Notes: generated from the letters alone by a model not told the origin. Shown: positions 1-11,769, numbered from the stretch's first letter. The stretch is DNA of 64,000 nt from an uncultured Verrucomicrobiae bacterium (GCA_963834385.1 CAWIBO010000005.1:748415-812414); one strand, 5' to 3'. Made by a program: numbers and translations.

Positions 1-1
1 G

Positions 2-373
2 GCCCGGCTCGCCTGGGGTTTTGGCGCCGACGAAAAACTCTCGCACGAAGACCTGATCCGGGAACGCTATCGCGGGATCCGTCCTGCGGCCGGCTACCCG
101 GCCTCACCCGATCACACGGAAAAAGCGACCCTCTGGCGGCTGCTCGAAGCCGACCGCCACGCCGGCATCACCCTCACCGAATCATTCGCCATGCATCCCG
201 GGGCCAGCGTCAGCGGCCTCTACTTCTCGCACCCCGAAGCCAAATACTTCGGCGTCGGCAAGATCGACCGCGACCAGGTCAAAGATTACGCAGCCCGAAA
301 AGGCATCCCTGTCGCCGAGGCCGAACGCTGGCTCGCCCCGAACCTCGGCTATCACGCGGAGAGAACGAATTAG
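2..373 (+). CDS. metH: Methionine synthase (cobalamin-dependent), C-terminal activation domain, 5' partial
   Basis: Frame reads [20 protein letters not shown]...[31 protein letters not shown]...[10 protein letters not shown], the typical MetH C-terminus. Confidence 0.95.
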   Translation, partial: ARLAWGFGADEKLSHEDLIRERYRGIRPAAGYPASPDHTEKATLWRLLEADRHAGITLTESFAMHPGASVSGLYFSHPEAKYFGVGKIDRDQVKDYAARKGIPVAEAERWLAPNLGYHAERTN

Positions 374-552
374 GAAACCAGGAACTCAGGAAAAGAGCGA
401 ACGCGGAGCAAGGACCCGAAAAGGCCGCTGATCTCTCGCCCCACCACTCCTGCTCCTGCTCATGATCCTGATCTTGCTCTTCCTGCGACGCTGCCGCGCC
501 TAAAGTTAGCGAATCAGGGAGAAAACGAATTAGGAAACCAGGAACTCAGGAA
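367..552 (+). repeat. Direct repeat GAATTAGGAAACCAGGAACTCAGGAA (367-392 and 527-552), with a CTCCTG/ATCCTG hexamer tract between the copies; similar copy near 55573
   Basis: Read directly; the first copy contains the metH TAG stop. Confidence 0.85.
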
Positions 553-581
553 GGGGACTGCGTCACCGCTCACCGCTGACG

Positions 582-660
582 GTTCACGATTCACGATTCA
601 CGATTCACGGTTCACGATTCACGATTCACGGTTCACGGTTCACGATTCACTTCATTCACG
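582..660 (+). repeat. Heptamer tandem repeat (TTCACGR)n, about 10 units
   Basis: gttcacgattcacgattcacgattcacggttcacg... Confidence 0.95.
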
Positions 661-729
661 CACTCCCCCCTTGTCTGGAATCTCACAACCTCCGGATGTG
701 CATTTGGCGAACGCAGCTACATTCGACGG

Positions 730-1263
730 GTGAATCGGCTTTGGTTTCTTCTGTTTTTCGTTTTCGCCTGTGTCCGGTCTGTCCCCGGGCAGGCCATGTT
801 TTCCGACCAGGTGCTTTCCTCGCCCTCGCCCTCGCCCACCGCGTCCGTGGCGACGAAGCCCACCCCCACTCCCATTCCTTCCATCCTGCCGCCGGATATC
901 GGCGCACCCGCTCTTCCCTCGGAGCTGCCGAACCTGCCTGACATTTCCGAGCTGGATCAGGCTTTCGAAAAATCGGATCTCGGCAAGGAAGCGGAGGAGA
1001 ATCGTTATCGCGTGGAGCTGCGGAAGCTCAAGAATCAGGTCGCGCAGGACGAGGAAATCCGGAAAGCCCGCAAGACCGCCGACCGTGCCCGGACCGATCT
1101 CGAGCGCCGGCGGCTCCGCCGCGAATACTACGAACTTTATTATGGCCGAATGCGCGGGCTCGCCTCGAGCGAAGGCTTGAAGCGGTATATCGACCGGATC
1201 AGGGACGGCCATATCGCCACGCTCGCCCAGCCCAGGGTGCGCCCCTCCTCTGCGGCAGAATAA
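730..1263 (+). CDS. Hypothetical secreted protein with Pro/Ser/Thr-rich linker and helical C-terminus
   Basis: Signal-peptide-like N-terminus, SPSPTASVATKPTPTP linker, GC-rich codon usage, TACATT just upstream of the GTG. Confidence 0.7.
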   Translation: MNRLWFLLFFVFACVRSVPGQAMFSDQVLSSPSPSPTASVATKPTPTPIPSILPPDIGAPALPSELPNLPDISELDQAFEKSDLGKEAEENRYRVELRKLKNQVAQDEEIRKARKTADRARTDLERRRLRREYYELYYGRMRGLASSEGLKRYIDRIRDGHIATLAQPRVRPSSAAE

Positions 1264-1270
1264 ACCTCCG

Positions 1271-1996
1271 TTGCAGATGACACCTGCTTCCAGCGACGCG
1301 CGTCTGCCGCTCGGGACAACCCGTTTGCTGGAATGGAGTCCGCTCATCCTCCTGGGCGGTTTTTGGTTCGCGATGGTCCTGCCGGCCACCCAGGATTTCT
1401 GTGCCCTCCTCCTGCGCGAGAATTATCCGGTCGAACTGCTCACGTTTCTCGCCGCGCTCGCTGGTGCCGTGATCGGTTTTCGGCTGGTGGCCCGCCTGCG
1501 CGCAGTCGGCGCGCCCGCCGGCGTTCGCCTCTTTTTCCTTCTTTTTTCGATCGGCCTGCTCTTGCTGGCCGGCGAAGAGGTCTCCTGGGGCCAGGACTTC
1601 TACTGGTACAAGACTCCCCGCTTCATCCGCCTCCATAACGCGCAAAACCAGGTGACCCTGCACAACCTCGAAATCTGGCACGGGCACAATCATCTGCTCC
1701 GGCTCTTCTTCGGCGTCGGCGGCCTTCTCGGTCTCTGGCTCGGCCGCTTCCCGGCACTTCGCCCGGTCACGCCTCCACCCCTTCTCTGGCTCTGGTTCTC
1801 TCTCATCACCATGAAGAGTCTGGTCGATGTTTACGTCAAGAACGTGCCGGTCAGCGCCATGACCTTCTACGAGATCAACAAGGTCAGCGAAGTGGTCGAA
1901 ATGATGGTCGCCTTCACCGGCCTGCTTTACCTCTGGCTGAAAACCCGCGCTGCCACAGGGCGAGCCGACCCCGCCTTGATCAGCGCCCGGGCCTGA
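1271..1996 (+). CDS. Hypothetical multi-pass membrane protein
   Basis: Several hydrophobic segments and a GEEVSWGQ...NAQNQVTLHN motif. Confidence 0.75.
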   Translation: MQMTPASSDARLPLGTTRLLEWSPLILLGGFWFAMVLPATQDFCALLLRENYPVELLTFLAALAGAVIGFRLVARLRAVGAPAGVRLFFLLFSIGLLLLAGEEVSWGQDFYWYKTPRFIRLHNAQNQVTLHNLEIWHGHNHLLRLFFGVGGLLGLWLGRFPALRPVTPPPLLWLWFSLITMKSLVDVYVKNVPVSAMTFYEINKVSEVVEMMVAFTGLLYLWLKTRAATGRADPALISARA

Positions 1997-2016
1997 CTAT
2001 CTTCCGTCTCTTCCAC

Positions 2017-2088
2017 GGCGCGTTCGTCTAGTGGTTAGGACACAGCCCTCTCAAGGCTGGTACACGGGTTCGACTCCCGTACGCGCTG
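2017..2088 (+). tRNA. tRNA-Glu (anticodon CTC), CCA not encoded
   Basis: Acceptor GGCGCGT/ACGCGCT, D arm with TAGTGGTTAGG, anticodon arm CAGCC-CTCTCAA-GGCTG, T arm ACGGG-TTCGACT-CCCGT. Confidence 0.95.
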
Positions 2089-2097
2089 CGTTTTCTT

Positions 2098-2796
2098 TCA
2101 GACGGAAAACCCGAAGTGGCTCAGGTAAATCCGGAGATCCCAGAAGAGGGTCGCGATCTGGAAGCTGACCACGAAAAGAAGAGCGTGCGCCAGGGCCGGG
2201 CGCGCCTCGAAAAAGCGCCCCGTCGCTCCAGCCCAGGCACGGCGCACCGGACCGGCCGTGAGGAAGACCACGGTGCCAATGCCCAGCAACGCGCCCGCCA
2301 GCAGATCAGTCGGATAATGCACGCCCACGTAAATCCGCGGCAGGGCAATCACGAACACTATATAGAGAAGGAGCCAGTTCCCCACTTTCCGGTGCGCCAG
2401 CCAAATCCCGCACCAGAGCGCAAAAAACAACGAGGCGTGATCGCTCGGGAACGAACTCCAGTGTGACCAGTTCGCCTGGTCGGGCAACCCGGTCGGCGGA
2501 CGAAACTCCAGCCCATCAGCCAAAACCGGTCGCACCCGCAGCGGCAGGGTTTGCGCCAGCACCCGGGCCAGCACCAGCGCCAGGAGCGATCCCAGCACCC
2601 CGGCCAGCAGGGTCATCCGGCGGGCGGCTTCCTCCCGCATCGGCCGCGAAAACCAGAGACCCCAAAACACCGCCATGATGGCCGCTCCCTTCACCACATC
2701 ACTGTTTGAGAGCACCACCACGATCCGGTCAAACAGCTCCCACTGTTGCGCTCCCTGATTCAGAAAAGTGATGACCGAGCGGTCGAACGGATTCAT
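2098..2796 (-). CDS. PAP2-family membrane phosphatase (undecaprenyl-PP phosphatase-like)
   Basis: Motifs RVRP, SFPSDHA and PRIYVGVHYPTD. Confidence 0.9.
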   Translation of the reverse strand: MNPFDRSVITFLNQGAQQWELFDRIVVVLSNSDVVKGAAIMAVFWGLWFSRPMREEAARRMTLLAGVLGSLLALVLARVLAQTLPLRVRPVLADGLEFRPPTGLPDQANWSHWSSFPSDHASLFFALWCGIWLAHRKVGNWLLLYIVFVIALPRIYVGVHYPTDLLAGALLGIGTVVFLTAGPVRRAWAGATGRFFEARPALAHALLFVVSFQIATLFWDLRIYLSHFGFSV

Positions 2797-2895
2797 CGGC
2801 CCTTCCGTTCTACAGGAGCCCGCCCGTTCTTCGCAACTGCTCGTCTCTCTTTCCTTTCATTGTGCCAAAGCGCAATTTCGGCTCTTCCTTCACCC

Positions 2896-3615
2896 GTGCC
2901 CGCTCGCGTTGCCCTCCTCCTTTGCATTTCCCTCCTCGCCGCCTGCGAACGGCCCGAAATCTTTGAGGGACGCGCCACCATCCTCGCGGTCGATGGCGAC
3001 GCGGTCCTGCGCCGGGGCGACGCCCGCATTCCGCTGACCACCGCGGTGCAACCGCGCCCCGGCGATCGCATCCGCCTCGCTAAAGGCGCCACGGCGACCA
3101 TCTCGCCCCTCCCGGGTCTGCGGCTGACTCTTTCCGATCGGGCCGAAATTCTCTTTGAGGAATTGCGGGTGCAAAAGCGCGGTGACGCCACCTCCGGAGC
3201 GATGCGCTCGCGGCGGGCCGAGTTCTGGCTCTTTCGCGGAAAAGTCCGGGTCGGCGTGGCCGGATTTCGTGAGGGCGCGGAGACCAGTCTTCTTCTCCGC
3301 ATGGACCCGGGCGCGATCGAGGCCGGCCGCGGCGCCATTTTTTCCGTTGAAACCGGCCCTGCCGGGGCGCAGGCCGTTTGTGCCGATGGCCGGATCCGCT
3401 TCTACAAGCAGGGCCTCGATGAGATGACGGAAATTCCCCAGCGGCGCTGGAAAAGCTGGACGCCCGCCGGGGATACCGTGACCAATCTCGCCAGCGTTCG
3501 CGGCCACCCGGAACTCGAGGAAGAGCTGGGAGCCAGCCTCGCCGCCGCCCGGGCTGCCTTTAATATGGAACAGGGCCGGCGAGGGCTGTTGCCGGGTAAA
3601 CCCTCTTCACCCTGA
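2896..3615 (+). CDS. Putative lipoprotein with FecR-like beta domain (start uncertain)
   Basis: Lipobox-like LLAAC, then [10 protein letters not shown]...PGDRIRL...FSVE...VCADGRI pattern resembling FecR domains. Confidence 0.55.
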   Translation: MPARVALLLCISLLAACERPEIFEGRATILAVDGDAVLRRGDARIPLTTAVQPRPGDRIRLAKGATATISPLPGLRLTLSDRAEILFEELRVQKRGDATSGAMRSRRAEFWLFRGKVRVGVAGFREGAETSLLLRMDPGAIEAGRGAIFSVETGPAGAQAVCADGRIRFYKQGLDEMTEIPQRRWKSWTPAGDTVTNLASVRGHPELEEELGASLAAARAAFNMEQGRRGLLPGKPSSP

Positions 3616-3686
3616 AGTATTTTATTGCCGAAACGCGTGGAAAAGATACAATCACGCGCTCTAATCAGAAGTTCCAGAATAAGCCT

Positions 3687-4016
3687 ATGACCCTCCGTTC
3701 CCTCTCCCGCCTTGCTCTTGCCACCCTCCTCAGTGCGTCGCTTTCCCTCTCGGCGACCGCTCAGACCACCACCAGCGGCGACGACGCCCGCAAGGTGAAA
3801 TCGCCCGAAAAGCCGACGCCGACGCCCAAGCCGTCGCCCACGCCCAAACCTTCTCCGACCCCAAAGCCGTCGCCTACCCCGAAACCGTCTCCGACTCCGA
3901 CGCCTAATCCGACGCCAAAGCCGACCAAGCCGCCGAAGCCAACTCCGACGCCTAAGCCGTCGCCGACGCCGAAGCCAACGGCTACGCCTAAACCGACGGC
4001 TACGCCTCGGCCCTGA
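3687..4016 (+). CDS. Small secreted Pro/Thr/Lys-rich repeat protein, (KPSPTP)n
   Basis: Signal peptide followed by about 10 hexapeptide repeats with synonymous codon variation. Confidence 0.8.
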   Translation: MTLRSLSRLALATLLSASLSLSATAQTTTSGDDARKVKSPEKPTPTPKPSPTPKPSPTPKPSPTPKPSPTPTPNPTPKPTKPPKPTPTPKPSPTPKPTATPKPTATPRP

Positions 4017-4063
4017 GCGGACTTCCAACCTCACCGACCGCAGTTCCGCACTTGGGTATCTTT

Positions 4064-5495
4064 ATGAGGCAGCCAGGCCGCTCCGGGCTGGTTCGCCCCA
4101 TGTTCTCACGCCTGTTTGTGCTTCTCGGGCTGCTCGCCAGCGCTTCCCTGCTTGCCGGCGGAGGAGATCACGGATTTTGCCGCCCCGGACCCGGCACCGG
4201 CCTACGCCGCGGCTGATCCGGTCACGGAGTATGCCGCCTTGGACGAAGCCCTCCTCCCGGTCGAACCGGCCTACCTCACGGCCCAACCGGACGCGGTGGC
4301 CGAAGTCGACGCGGAGACCCCATTGCCGGAGAACGACGGGCCACAGGTGATCACCTCCCCGGACCAGGAGGTCTCAGCGCACGTCCGCCGCTTTCATTAC
4401 CGGCTTCGTGTCACCGTGCGCGGCGCCTACGACGACAACATCAATCTCTCGAATGTGAATCCAGTCGAGGATTACTACGTCTCGGTCGAACCGTCGCTGA
4501 TGCTCGGTTTCGGCGCGATCGAGGGGGGCGGCGATAATTTTCTCAAGGCGGAATACACCCCCATCTTCACCGCCTTCATGGAGAACACACAGTTCAACAC
4601 TCTCCAGCATACTTTCCAGGCTTCCGGTCAATGGAAACTGAGCCGGCTTACCCTCGGGCTCAGCCAGCAGATTCAATTGCTTGAGGGACCGGACATCGAT
4701 CTGCTCAGCAACCTCGAAGGCGTCACCTTTTCCAACGTCAACATCGACGCCGGCGGCCGCCAAAAAACGAACATTTACGGCACCACCCTGACCGCCGCTT
4801 ACGATTTCACCGGCAAAACGTTCGTCAGCAGCACGCTCAACTGGGGCTTGAGCGACCCGGAAGGCCTGATCGGCACCCAGACATTCAGCGGCGATCTTTT
4901 CCTGAACTATCGCTACAGCCAAAAGCTCACCGTCGGCCTCGGCGGTGGCGCCGGCCAGCAGTTCGTCGAGGCGCCCAGCCCCGATTCCCATTTCGAGGAG
5001 GCACGGGTTCGTCTCGGCTACGACGCCACGGGCAAAGTGCAGTTCAACGGGTCGGCCGGTGTCCAGTTCCGGCATTCGGATGGCGATAACTCCACCTACA
5101 CCACGCCCGTTTTTCAGCTCGGCATGAATTACAAGCCGTTTGACGGCACCACGGTCAACATTTCCGGCACCCGGCGCACCACCGCTTCGGCCGCCCTCGC
5201 CGGGCAGGACTTCGCCGCCACGGAGTTTGTCGGCAGCATTCGCCAGCGCTTTCTCGGCCGGTTCCTGCTTGGGCTGACCGGAGGTTACAGCAATCTCGCT
5301 TATTTCGGCTCGGCCAGCGGGGTCAGCGGCGGTCGCGAGGATAACTACTATTTTATCCAGCCTTCGGTTGATGTTAGACTGACGAACTTCTGGTTCGTCG
5401 GCCTTTACGCCGTTCACCGCGAGAATGACAGCACCGCCACCCTTTTCAGTTTCGAGGAGAATCAGGCGGGCCTCCGGACCGGTCTTCAGTTCTAG
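4064..5495 (+). CDS. Outer-membrane beta-barrel protein of polysaccharide export locus (frameshift near N-terminus)
   Basis: YDDNI motif, alternating beta-strand pattern, C-terminal Phe, directly upstream of the wza-like gene. Confidence 0.8.
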
Positions 5496-5520
5496 GTCCT
5501 TCTTTCCCCGGCGTCACCCT

Positions 5521-6233
5521 ATGCTTTGTCGTCTTTTCATGCCCTTGCTCCTTGCGGCCACCTGCGTCACGGCCGGCGCGCAACAACCCTCGCCCGGAAC
5601 CGCCGCCGCTTCACCCGCGGCCACCCCCCTGGTCGATCTCGGCCCACCCCGTGCCGTGCCCGTCGCCCCGCCCCGCACCTCTTCCGCCACGGCCAACCCG
5701 AACGCCATCAGCGCCCCCAGCAGTTACCGTCTCGCGCCCAAGCGACCAGGTCGTCCATCGAGGTTTTCGGCGAGGACGATCTGCGCACCAACGCCCGCCT
5801 TAATTCCGACGGCGCCCTCAGCCTGCCGCTCCTCGGCGCGGTCAAACTGGCCGGGCTGACCCTGAACGAGGCGGCATCACGCCTGACCGAGCTTTACGGT
5901 CGCGATTATCTCGTCAGCCCGAAGGTCAACGTCACCCTCGTCGGATACGCCAAACGTCGCTTCACCATCCTTGGCCAGGTCAATCGCCCCGGCAGCTTCG
6001 AGATGCCCGACGGCAGCCCGAATGGCATTGATTTGCTCGAGGCCATCGCCATCGCCGGCGGTTACACCCGTATCGCCGCCCCTGAACGGATCAGCGTCCG
6101 CCGCAAAAGCGAAGGCGGCGACAAAGTCCTGCGCGTCAACGCCAAGCGCCTCGCCAAAGGCCAGGGCGCCAACGCCGGCGGCTTCCGCGTCGAACCCGGC
6201 GACACCATCACCGTAGGCGAATCGATCTTTTAA
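5521..6233 (+). CDS. wza: Polysaccharide export protein, Wza/Poly_export plus SLBB (frameshift near 5740)
   Basis: YRL.P.D..IEVFGEDDL...LPLLG...GQVNRPG...AGGYT...PGDTITVGESIF. Confidence 0.85.
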
Positions 6234-6415
6234 AAAGCTGAAAACTGAAAAGCTGAAAAGCTGACATAAGAATGAATCAGGAAAGCAGGAGGGAAAGAGG
6301 ATGGAGAGTAGAGGATAGAGAATCGCCGCTCCCCGATAACCAATAACCAATAACCGATCACCGCGCCGTCCCGGCGCTCCCCCTTCTTCCTTCATAATTC
6401 ATAATTCTTAATTCA
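6234..6415 (+). repeat. Composite intergenic repeat: GCTGAAAA octamers, CAGGAA/AGAGGAT tract, CCAATAA heptamers, CCGCGCCGTCCCGGCGC hairpin, TAATTC tract
   Basis: Read directly; 6270-6415 closely matches 43930-44070. Confidence 0.9.
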
Positions 6416-6422
6416 ATCAGCA

Positions 6423-8911
6423 ATGCCCCTCCCAGAAACACCGCGCCCCGCCAAAGCCGCACCCCTTACCTACGCCGAACCGCCGCGCGGCTTTGATTTC
6501 CGCCAGCTCTGGCATGCCGTCCTCGAGCGCGCCTGGATCGTCATCCTCTGCACCGCTCGCCGGTCTTTTTCTCGCGCTCGGACATCTCGCCCGTACCCCG
6601 AAGATTTATCAGGGCCACATCACGCTCGAAGTCGATGTCGCGGAGCAAGGCATCAATGCCGCCGATTCCGGCGACACCGCCGGGCGGGTCCGCTCCATGT
6701 TCCTCGCCAGCCAGGAAGCGCTCCGCACCATTGAACAGAATCTCACCAACCGTTCCATGCTCGCCCGGGTCATCCGCTCGGAAGGGCTCGCCTCGGACGA
6801 GGGCCGCGCCCTCCTTGGTCACACCGACAAAAAAGCGCCCACACCGCCGCCCGCCCCCGCAAAACCTGCCGCAGCCTCGGAGCGCGAGTCGGCCTTTACC
6901 CCCATCGAGAACGCGCTCGCCGGCGCTCTTGCCGGCATGGTCAAGCCGGTGGTCCGTCGCGGCACCCGCCTGATCGACGTTTATGTCACGCACACGGACC
7001 CCGCCATGGCCCAGCGCCTGGTCGAGGCGGTCGGCCGCGAATACATCCGCGGCTCGGTGGCCCGCCGCGCTTCCTCCACCCAGGACACCCTCCGTTATCT
7101 CCTCGAGGAAGAGGAACGGCTGAAAGCGAATTTGCAGAAGAGCGAGGCGGCCGTGGCCGAATACAAAGCGAAGACGCCTGACGCCCTCCAGCTCGGCGGC
7201 GGCGCCGCCTCCACCGGCAGCCAGCAGGGCGCCGGTTCGGGCTCGGGCGGCAGCCGGGGCGGGTTGGTCGAGGATCGGTTGCAGGAAATGAGCGGGAAGT
7301 TCACCGGGGCCAAAACGGAACGGCTCCGACTCGAGGGCGAGCTCGGGCCAGGTCGAACGCGCCGGGGAAGATGTGGACGCGCTCCTCGCCATTCCCAGCA
7401 TCGCCAGCGCGCCTGTGGTCATGGACCGCCGCCGCGAGCTGGCGCAGGTGCAGGCGGCCGTGGCCACGCTTTCCCAGCGCTACAAGGAACAGCATCCCCG
7501 CATGATCGCGGCCAAGGCGGCCCTCGAGGAAGTTCAGGCCGCCCTGAAACGCGCCGTGCTCGAGCAGCCCGCCACGCTCCGCAACGCCCTCCAGCAGGCT
7601 CGCGCCACCGAGGAACAAATGGCCGCCGCCGTCACGGAACAGGAGAAAGCCGCCATCGCCCTCAACCGCGCCGCCATTGGCTACCAGGAACTGGCCCGGC
7701 AGGCCGAGACCGACCGCGCGCTCTACGAAAGCGTCCTGCGCCAGATCAAATCCACCGACCTCAGCAAAGGCGTAAAGAGCAACGCCGTCAGCGTCGTGCA
7801 AAATTCACCCTTGCCCGGCCGCCCGATCAGTCCGCAGCCCATGAAAACGATCATGCTCGGCCTTTTCGGCGGTCTCGCCGCCGGCCTCGGCGTCATCTAC
7901 GCCCTGAACATGATCGATCGTTCCCTGAAAACGGTGGACGAAGCGGAATCGAACCTCGGCATGCCGGTGCTCGCCGCCGTTCCGGAAGTGAAAAATCGCG
8001 AAGCGTCCAGCCGTCCGAAGGAGGAGATGGAGGGCGAGATCGGGAGCGCCAGTTACCGGCTCCTTGCGGAAGCGCCGGAAGGCCCTGCGGCCGAGGCCTT
8101 CCGCAACCTGCGCGCCGCGCTTTCCTTGCTCGGGCCCGAGGCCGAACGTCGCGTTTTCCTCTTCACCAGCGCGCTCCCGGCGGAAGGCAAAAGTTTCACC
8201 AGCGCGAATTACGCCCTTTCCCTCGCGCAGCAGGGGCACAAGGTGCTCCTGATCGACGGCGATCTGCGCCGGCCGAGTCTCGACAAGATTTTTCGCCGGG
8301 TGCTTCCCCCTAACGCCCGGCCCACGGATGAGTTCGGGATCGTCGATTACCTGATCGGCAACACCACCCTGCAGGAGGCGATGCATCCTGTCTCCGCCTC
8401 GCAGGTGGACGTGCTCGGGTCGCGCGAGAACCGGCAGGCCACCGTCACCGCCACGGGCGGCGAACTTTTCCTGCTCGCCGGCGGCCAGCGCGCCCCCAAC
8501 CCGGCCGAGCTGCTCAGCGGCCACGTCTTTGCCGAGCTGGTCGCGGCCGCTTCCAAGCTTTTCGACCGCGTGGTCATCGACAGCGCGCCCGTCCTGGCGG
8601 TGAGCGATACCCTGCTCATGACCGCCTACGTCCAGACCGTCTGCATGGTGGTGCGCTCCCGCAAAACCCCGCGCAACGCCGTGCAGCGCGCCCTCGCCAT
8701 GATCGCCGGCACCGGCATTCGCCCGGCCGGCGTGATCCTGAACCGGATGCCGCGCCAGCGCGGCGCCGGCTACTATTATTACTACGCGTCGCCCGGCTAC
8801 GGCGCCGGCGAAGGCGCCTACAGCGGCGCGGGGTATGAGAGGAAGCCGGCTGGGCGCAGCCCGGCTGCCGGTGGTCAGAAGTCTGAAGTCGGAAATCGGA
8901 ATTCAGGCTGA
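6423..8911 (+). CDS. wzc: Polysaccharide co-polymerase / BY tyrosine kinase (frameshifts near 6555 and 7345)
   Basis: Coiled-coil periplasmic region, AEAFRNLR, Walker A TSALPAEGKS, IDGDLRRP, VVIDSAP, C-terminal YYYYY cluster. Confidence 0.92.
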
Positions 8912-9232
8912 TCGCACAAGCGCAGCCGGCTGCCCGCGAGCTGCGGAAGCTTTAGGTCTTAAGCTTTAAGTTTTAAGTGTGCGCGCGCGCGCTGCGCGGC
9001 ATCTTCCCCCGCGGAGGGACGAGCTTCTGCTCGTCCAAGCCTGCAGCAAACTAACCAATAACCAATAACCAATAACCAATAACCAATAACCAATAACCGC
9101 GCCGCCCCCGCCGCCCATCACCGATCACCGATCACCGATCACCGATCACCGATCACCGATCACTGATCACCGATCACTCGCGCCGTCCCGGCGCCCCCCG
9201 GCCTCCGACCTCCGGCACCCTCCGACCTCCGG
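8912..9232 (+). repeat. Repeat cluster: TTTAAG heptamer variants, half REP-like hairpin, (CCAATAA)n, (CCGATCA)n, GC hairpin, CCGACCT
   Basis: Read directly. Confidence 0.9.
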
Positions 9233-9481
9233 CTAGCCTTCATTTTCCTGCACGCGAGATCCATTCCCGATCTGCTGATGCAGGCCGGTCATGGTGAGGA
9301 GCGGTAAAATATCGAAGCTCTCACCCTCGTCCTTTGCGTTGAACACAATGACGTAGCCGGCCTTATTCGGCGGAAGGGCAATATAATCCCGGTGGGGAAC
9401 GGAATACTGAAGCCCGTCTGCCATTTTCAGAACAAAAGGCAGATTACTCTCCACCGCTCTCTCAATCTGACTCCGCGTCAC
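9233..9481 (-). CDS. Small hypothetical protein (82 aa) embedded in repeats
   Basis: Compact lower-GC ORF (PFVLKMADG..YSVPHRDYI) with a TTGAAA...TATTGT promoter-like motif immediately upstream. Confidence 0.65.
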   Translation of the reverse strand: MTRSQIERAVESNLPFVLKMADGLQYSVPHRDYIALPPNKAGYVIVFNAKDEGESFDILPLLTMTGLHQQIGNGSRVQENEG

Positions 9482-9772
9482 AACGCAAACAATATCAACG
9501 GCCGCCCGGTCCTTTCAACTCCATTCACCGCCTGGCGGGAACAGTTATCGAAGGTGAGATGTCAGTGATCAGCGGTCAGCGCTCGCCCTTCCGATCTCCG
9601 ACTCCATCTTCCGGCTGCTTCGCAGCGCCTTTCAGCTTGTCAGCTTTTCAGCATTTTCCCCTCTCCGCTCCCGGCCTCCGACTTCCGACTTCCTCCCCCT
9701 GATAACCGATAACTGACAACTGATCACCGCGCCGTCCCGGCGCCCTGCCTCTTAACTCTTAATTCTTAATTC

Positions 9773-11714
9773 TTAATTCTTAATTTCCCCCGTTCCCCAA
9801 CAGATCCCCAAATACACCGCCACATAAAGCTGGATCGAAAAGATCTGTAACGGAAAATCCACCAGCGCGTGCAGCGCCACCCCGCCCAGCGCCAGGACCA
9901 CCAGCGGAACCAGCAACCGATGCCGCGGCAACCAGGACGGCGGGGAAGAATTTTCGATTCTCGATTTTCGATTCTCGATTGCTCCCTTCAGCTTCTCGCG
10001 TTCTCCTTCCTCCCATTAACCGATAACCGATAACCGATAACCGGCTGCCCGCAGCCTACCGACAACTGATCACCGATTACCGGCCGCTCCGCGGCCCTTG
10101 TCAGCTTTTCAGCGTTTTCTCCTTCCTCCCCATTAACCGATAACCGATCACCGATAACCGGCTGCCCCGCAGCCTCCACCGATAACCGATCACCGATTAC
10201 CGGCCGCTCCGCGGCCCCTGTCAGCTTTTCAGCGTTTTCTTCTTCTTCTTCCCCACTAACCGATAACCGATCACCGATAACCGGCTGCCCCGCAGCCTCC
10301 ACCGATAACCGATCACCGATAACCGGCTGCCTCCGCAGCCATCTCCCATCTCCTATCTTCCCGGCCGCTTCGGCCGCTCGCAGCAGCCGCCCCCCCAAAG
10401 AACAGCGCCGCCCAGAGCGCGCCCCCCAGCCACCCCCATTCCAGCAGCGTTTGCAGATAATCCTGGTGCAGATACCGCCACCCTTCCCGCAGCTCCGTCC
10501 CTTCCCCGCGCGCCACGTGCGGAAAGATGGTGCGGAACGTGCCCGGACCGTACCCCAGCAGCCCGGCCTCCGGCACCCCGCGCAGCGCCGTCCGCGCCGC
10601 CGGCCAGCGCAGGTCCTGAGCACACTTTCCCCGGTGTTTTGCCAGCGCTCGATCGGACGATCCAAACGGCTCGCCTGCCCAATGGCGTAGATGGCCACGA
10701 CCAGCAGCAGCACCGTGGCCGCGCCGGTGATCTTCTCCGCGCCCCGCATCAAGCCCGCGCACCCGCGGCAAAGCTGCGACGATCAGCACCAGCATCAGGA
10801 GCAACCCGATCGCCTGCGCGGCCCGCGACGTGTTCGAAACCACCGCGCCGGCCGTGACCAGCGCCGCCGCGATCCAGCCCCCGCGCACCAGCGGACTCGC
10901 GCGATGATGCAACGCCCGGTAAGCCAGACCAAAGACCACCGGCAGGACGAGGTTCAGGTAGGCGCCCGCGTTGGCGTGATAAAAGTAGGTCGCAAAGAAC
11001 TGCGGCGGACCGTAACGCGATTCACCCCAGAAAATCATCTCGGCGCCCGTGCCTTTCTGGAGCAACCCCAGCAGCGCGATGGACGTGCCGGTCAGGGCCA
11101 CGCCCGTGAGCAGACGCAGAAACCACTGCGGACGCCGGCAAAGATCAGCCACAAAGAGGAGCACGCCCAGGAGAAGCGTGGCTCGCGTCATCCAGGCGAG
11201 ACTTACCGCCTTGTCCGCCGACCCCGGCCAGCCCGGCCAGGCCTGGTCAATCGGCACCCAGAGATCAAACTCCGTGTCATAGATCCCCTTCCCATTCCAG
11301 GCCATCGCCCATCCGAGGAGCAGCAAAGCCCCCACGATCCCCCAAAGGACCCACCGCCCCGTTCCCCTTTTTCCTTTTTCCTTTTTCCTTTTGCCTTCCG
11401 CCCCCCTCCTCTTCTCCGACCTCCGACCTCCGACCACCGATAACCGGCCGCTTCGCGGCCTTCTTCCCAATAACCATTAACCAATAACCAATAACCGGCG
11501 GCTGCCCCGCAGCCGCCCCCACCCACAGCAACAGCACCGCTGCAAGCATCCATTCGAGGATCCGGCCGCTCTCCAGCGTCGTGGTGCCGTAAGCCCACGG
11601 CGCCCAGACCAGCGCCACCACCAAACCCCACCCGGCCACACCGCCCAGCAGCGTAGAAAACTTCCAGCCCCGCGGCAGCGGCGGCAGCCATTGAATACGC
11701 GGTCGACGCGACAT
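9773..11714 (-). CDS. O-antigen ligase / Wzy_C family protein, interrupted by two repeat insertions and frameshifts
   Basis: Pieces across frames: [49 protein letters not shown] and terminal [27 protein letters not shown]. Confidence 0.8.
9950..10350 (+). repeat. Higher-order repeat (~120-bp units, about 3 copies) of CCGATAA/CCGATCA heptamers, GC hairpins and TTTCAGC, inside the ligase gene
   Basis: Minus-strand translation repeats [37 protein letters not shown] (41 and 40 aa). Confidence 0.9.
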
Positions 11715-11769
11715 GCGGCCAACACTAAGCCAGGAAGAACCCCGGAAGGAATCGGAAGTTGGTTACTTG

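Noticed and set aside
490..533. Possible degenerate duplicate of the metH 3' end before the second TTAGGAAACCAGGAA copy
   Set aside because: Similarity outside the repeat itself is too weak and is not in a consistent frame.
2017..2088. tRNA-Glu as integration site of a genomic island
   Set aside because: No integrase nearby, and I found no duplicated tRNA 3' end in the window.
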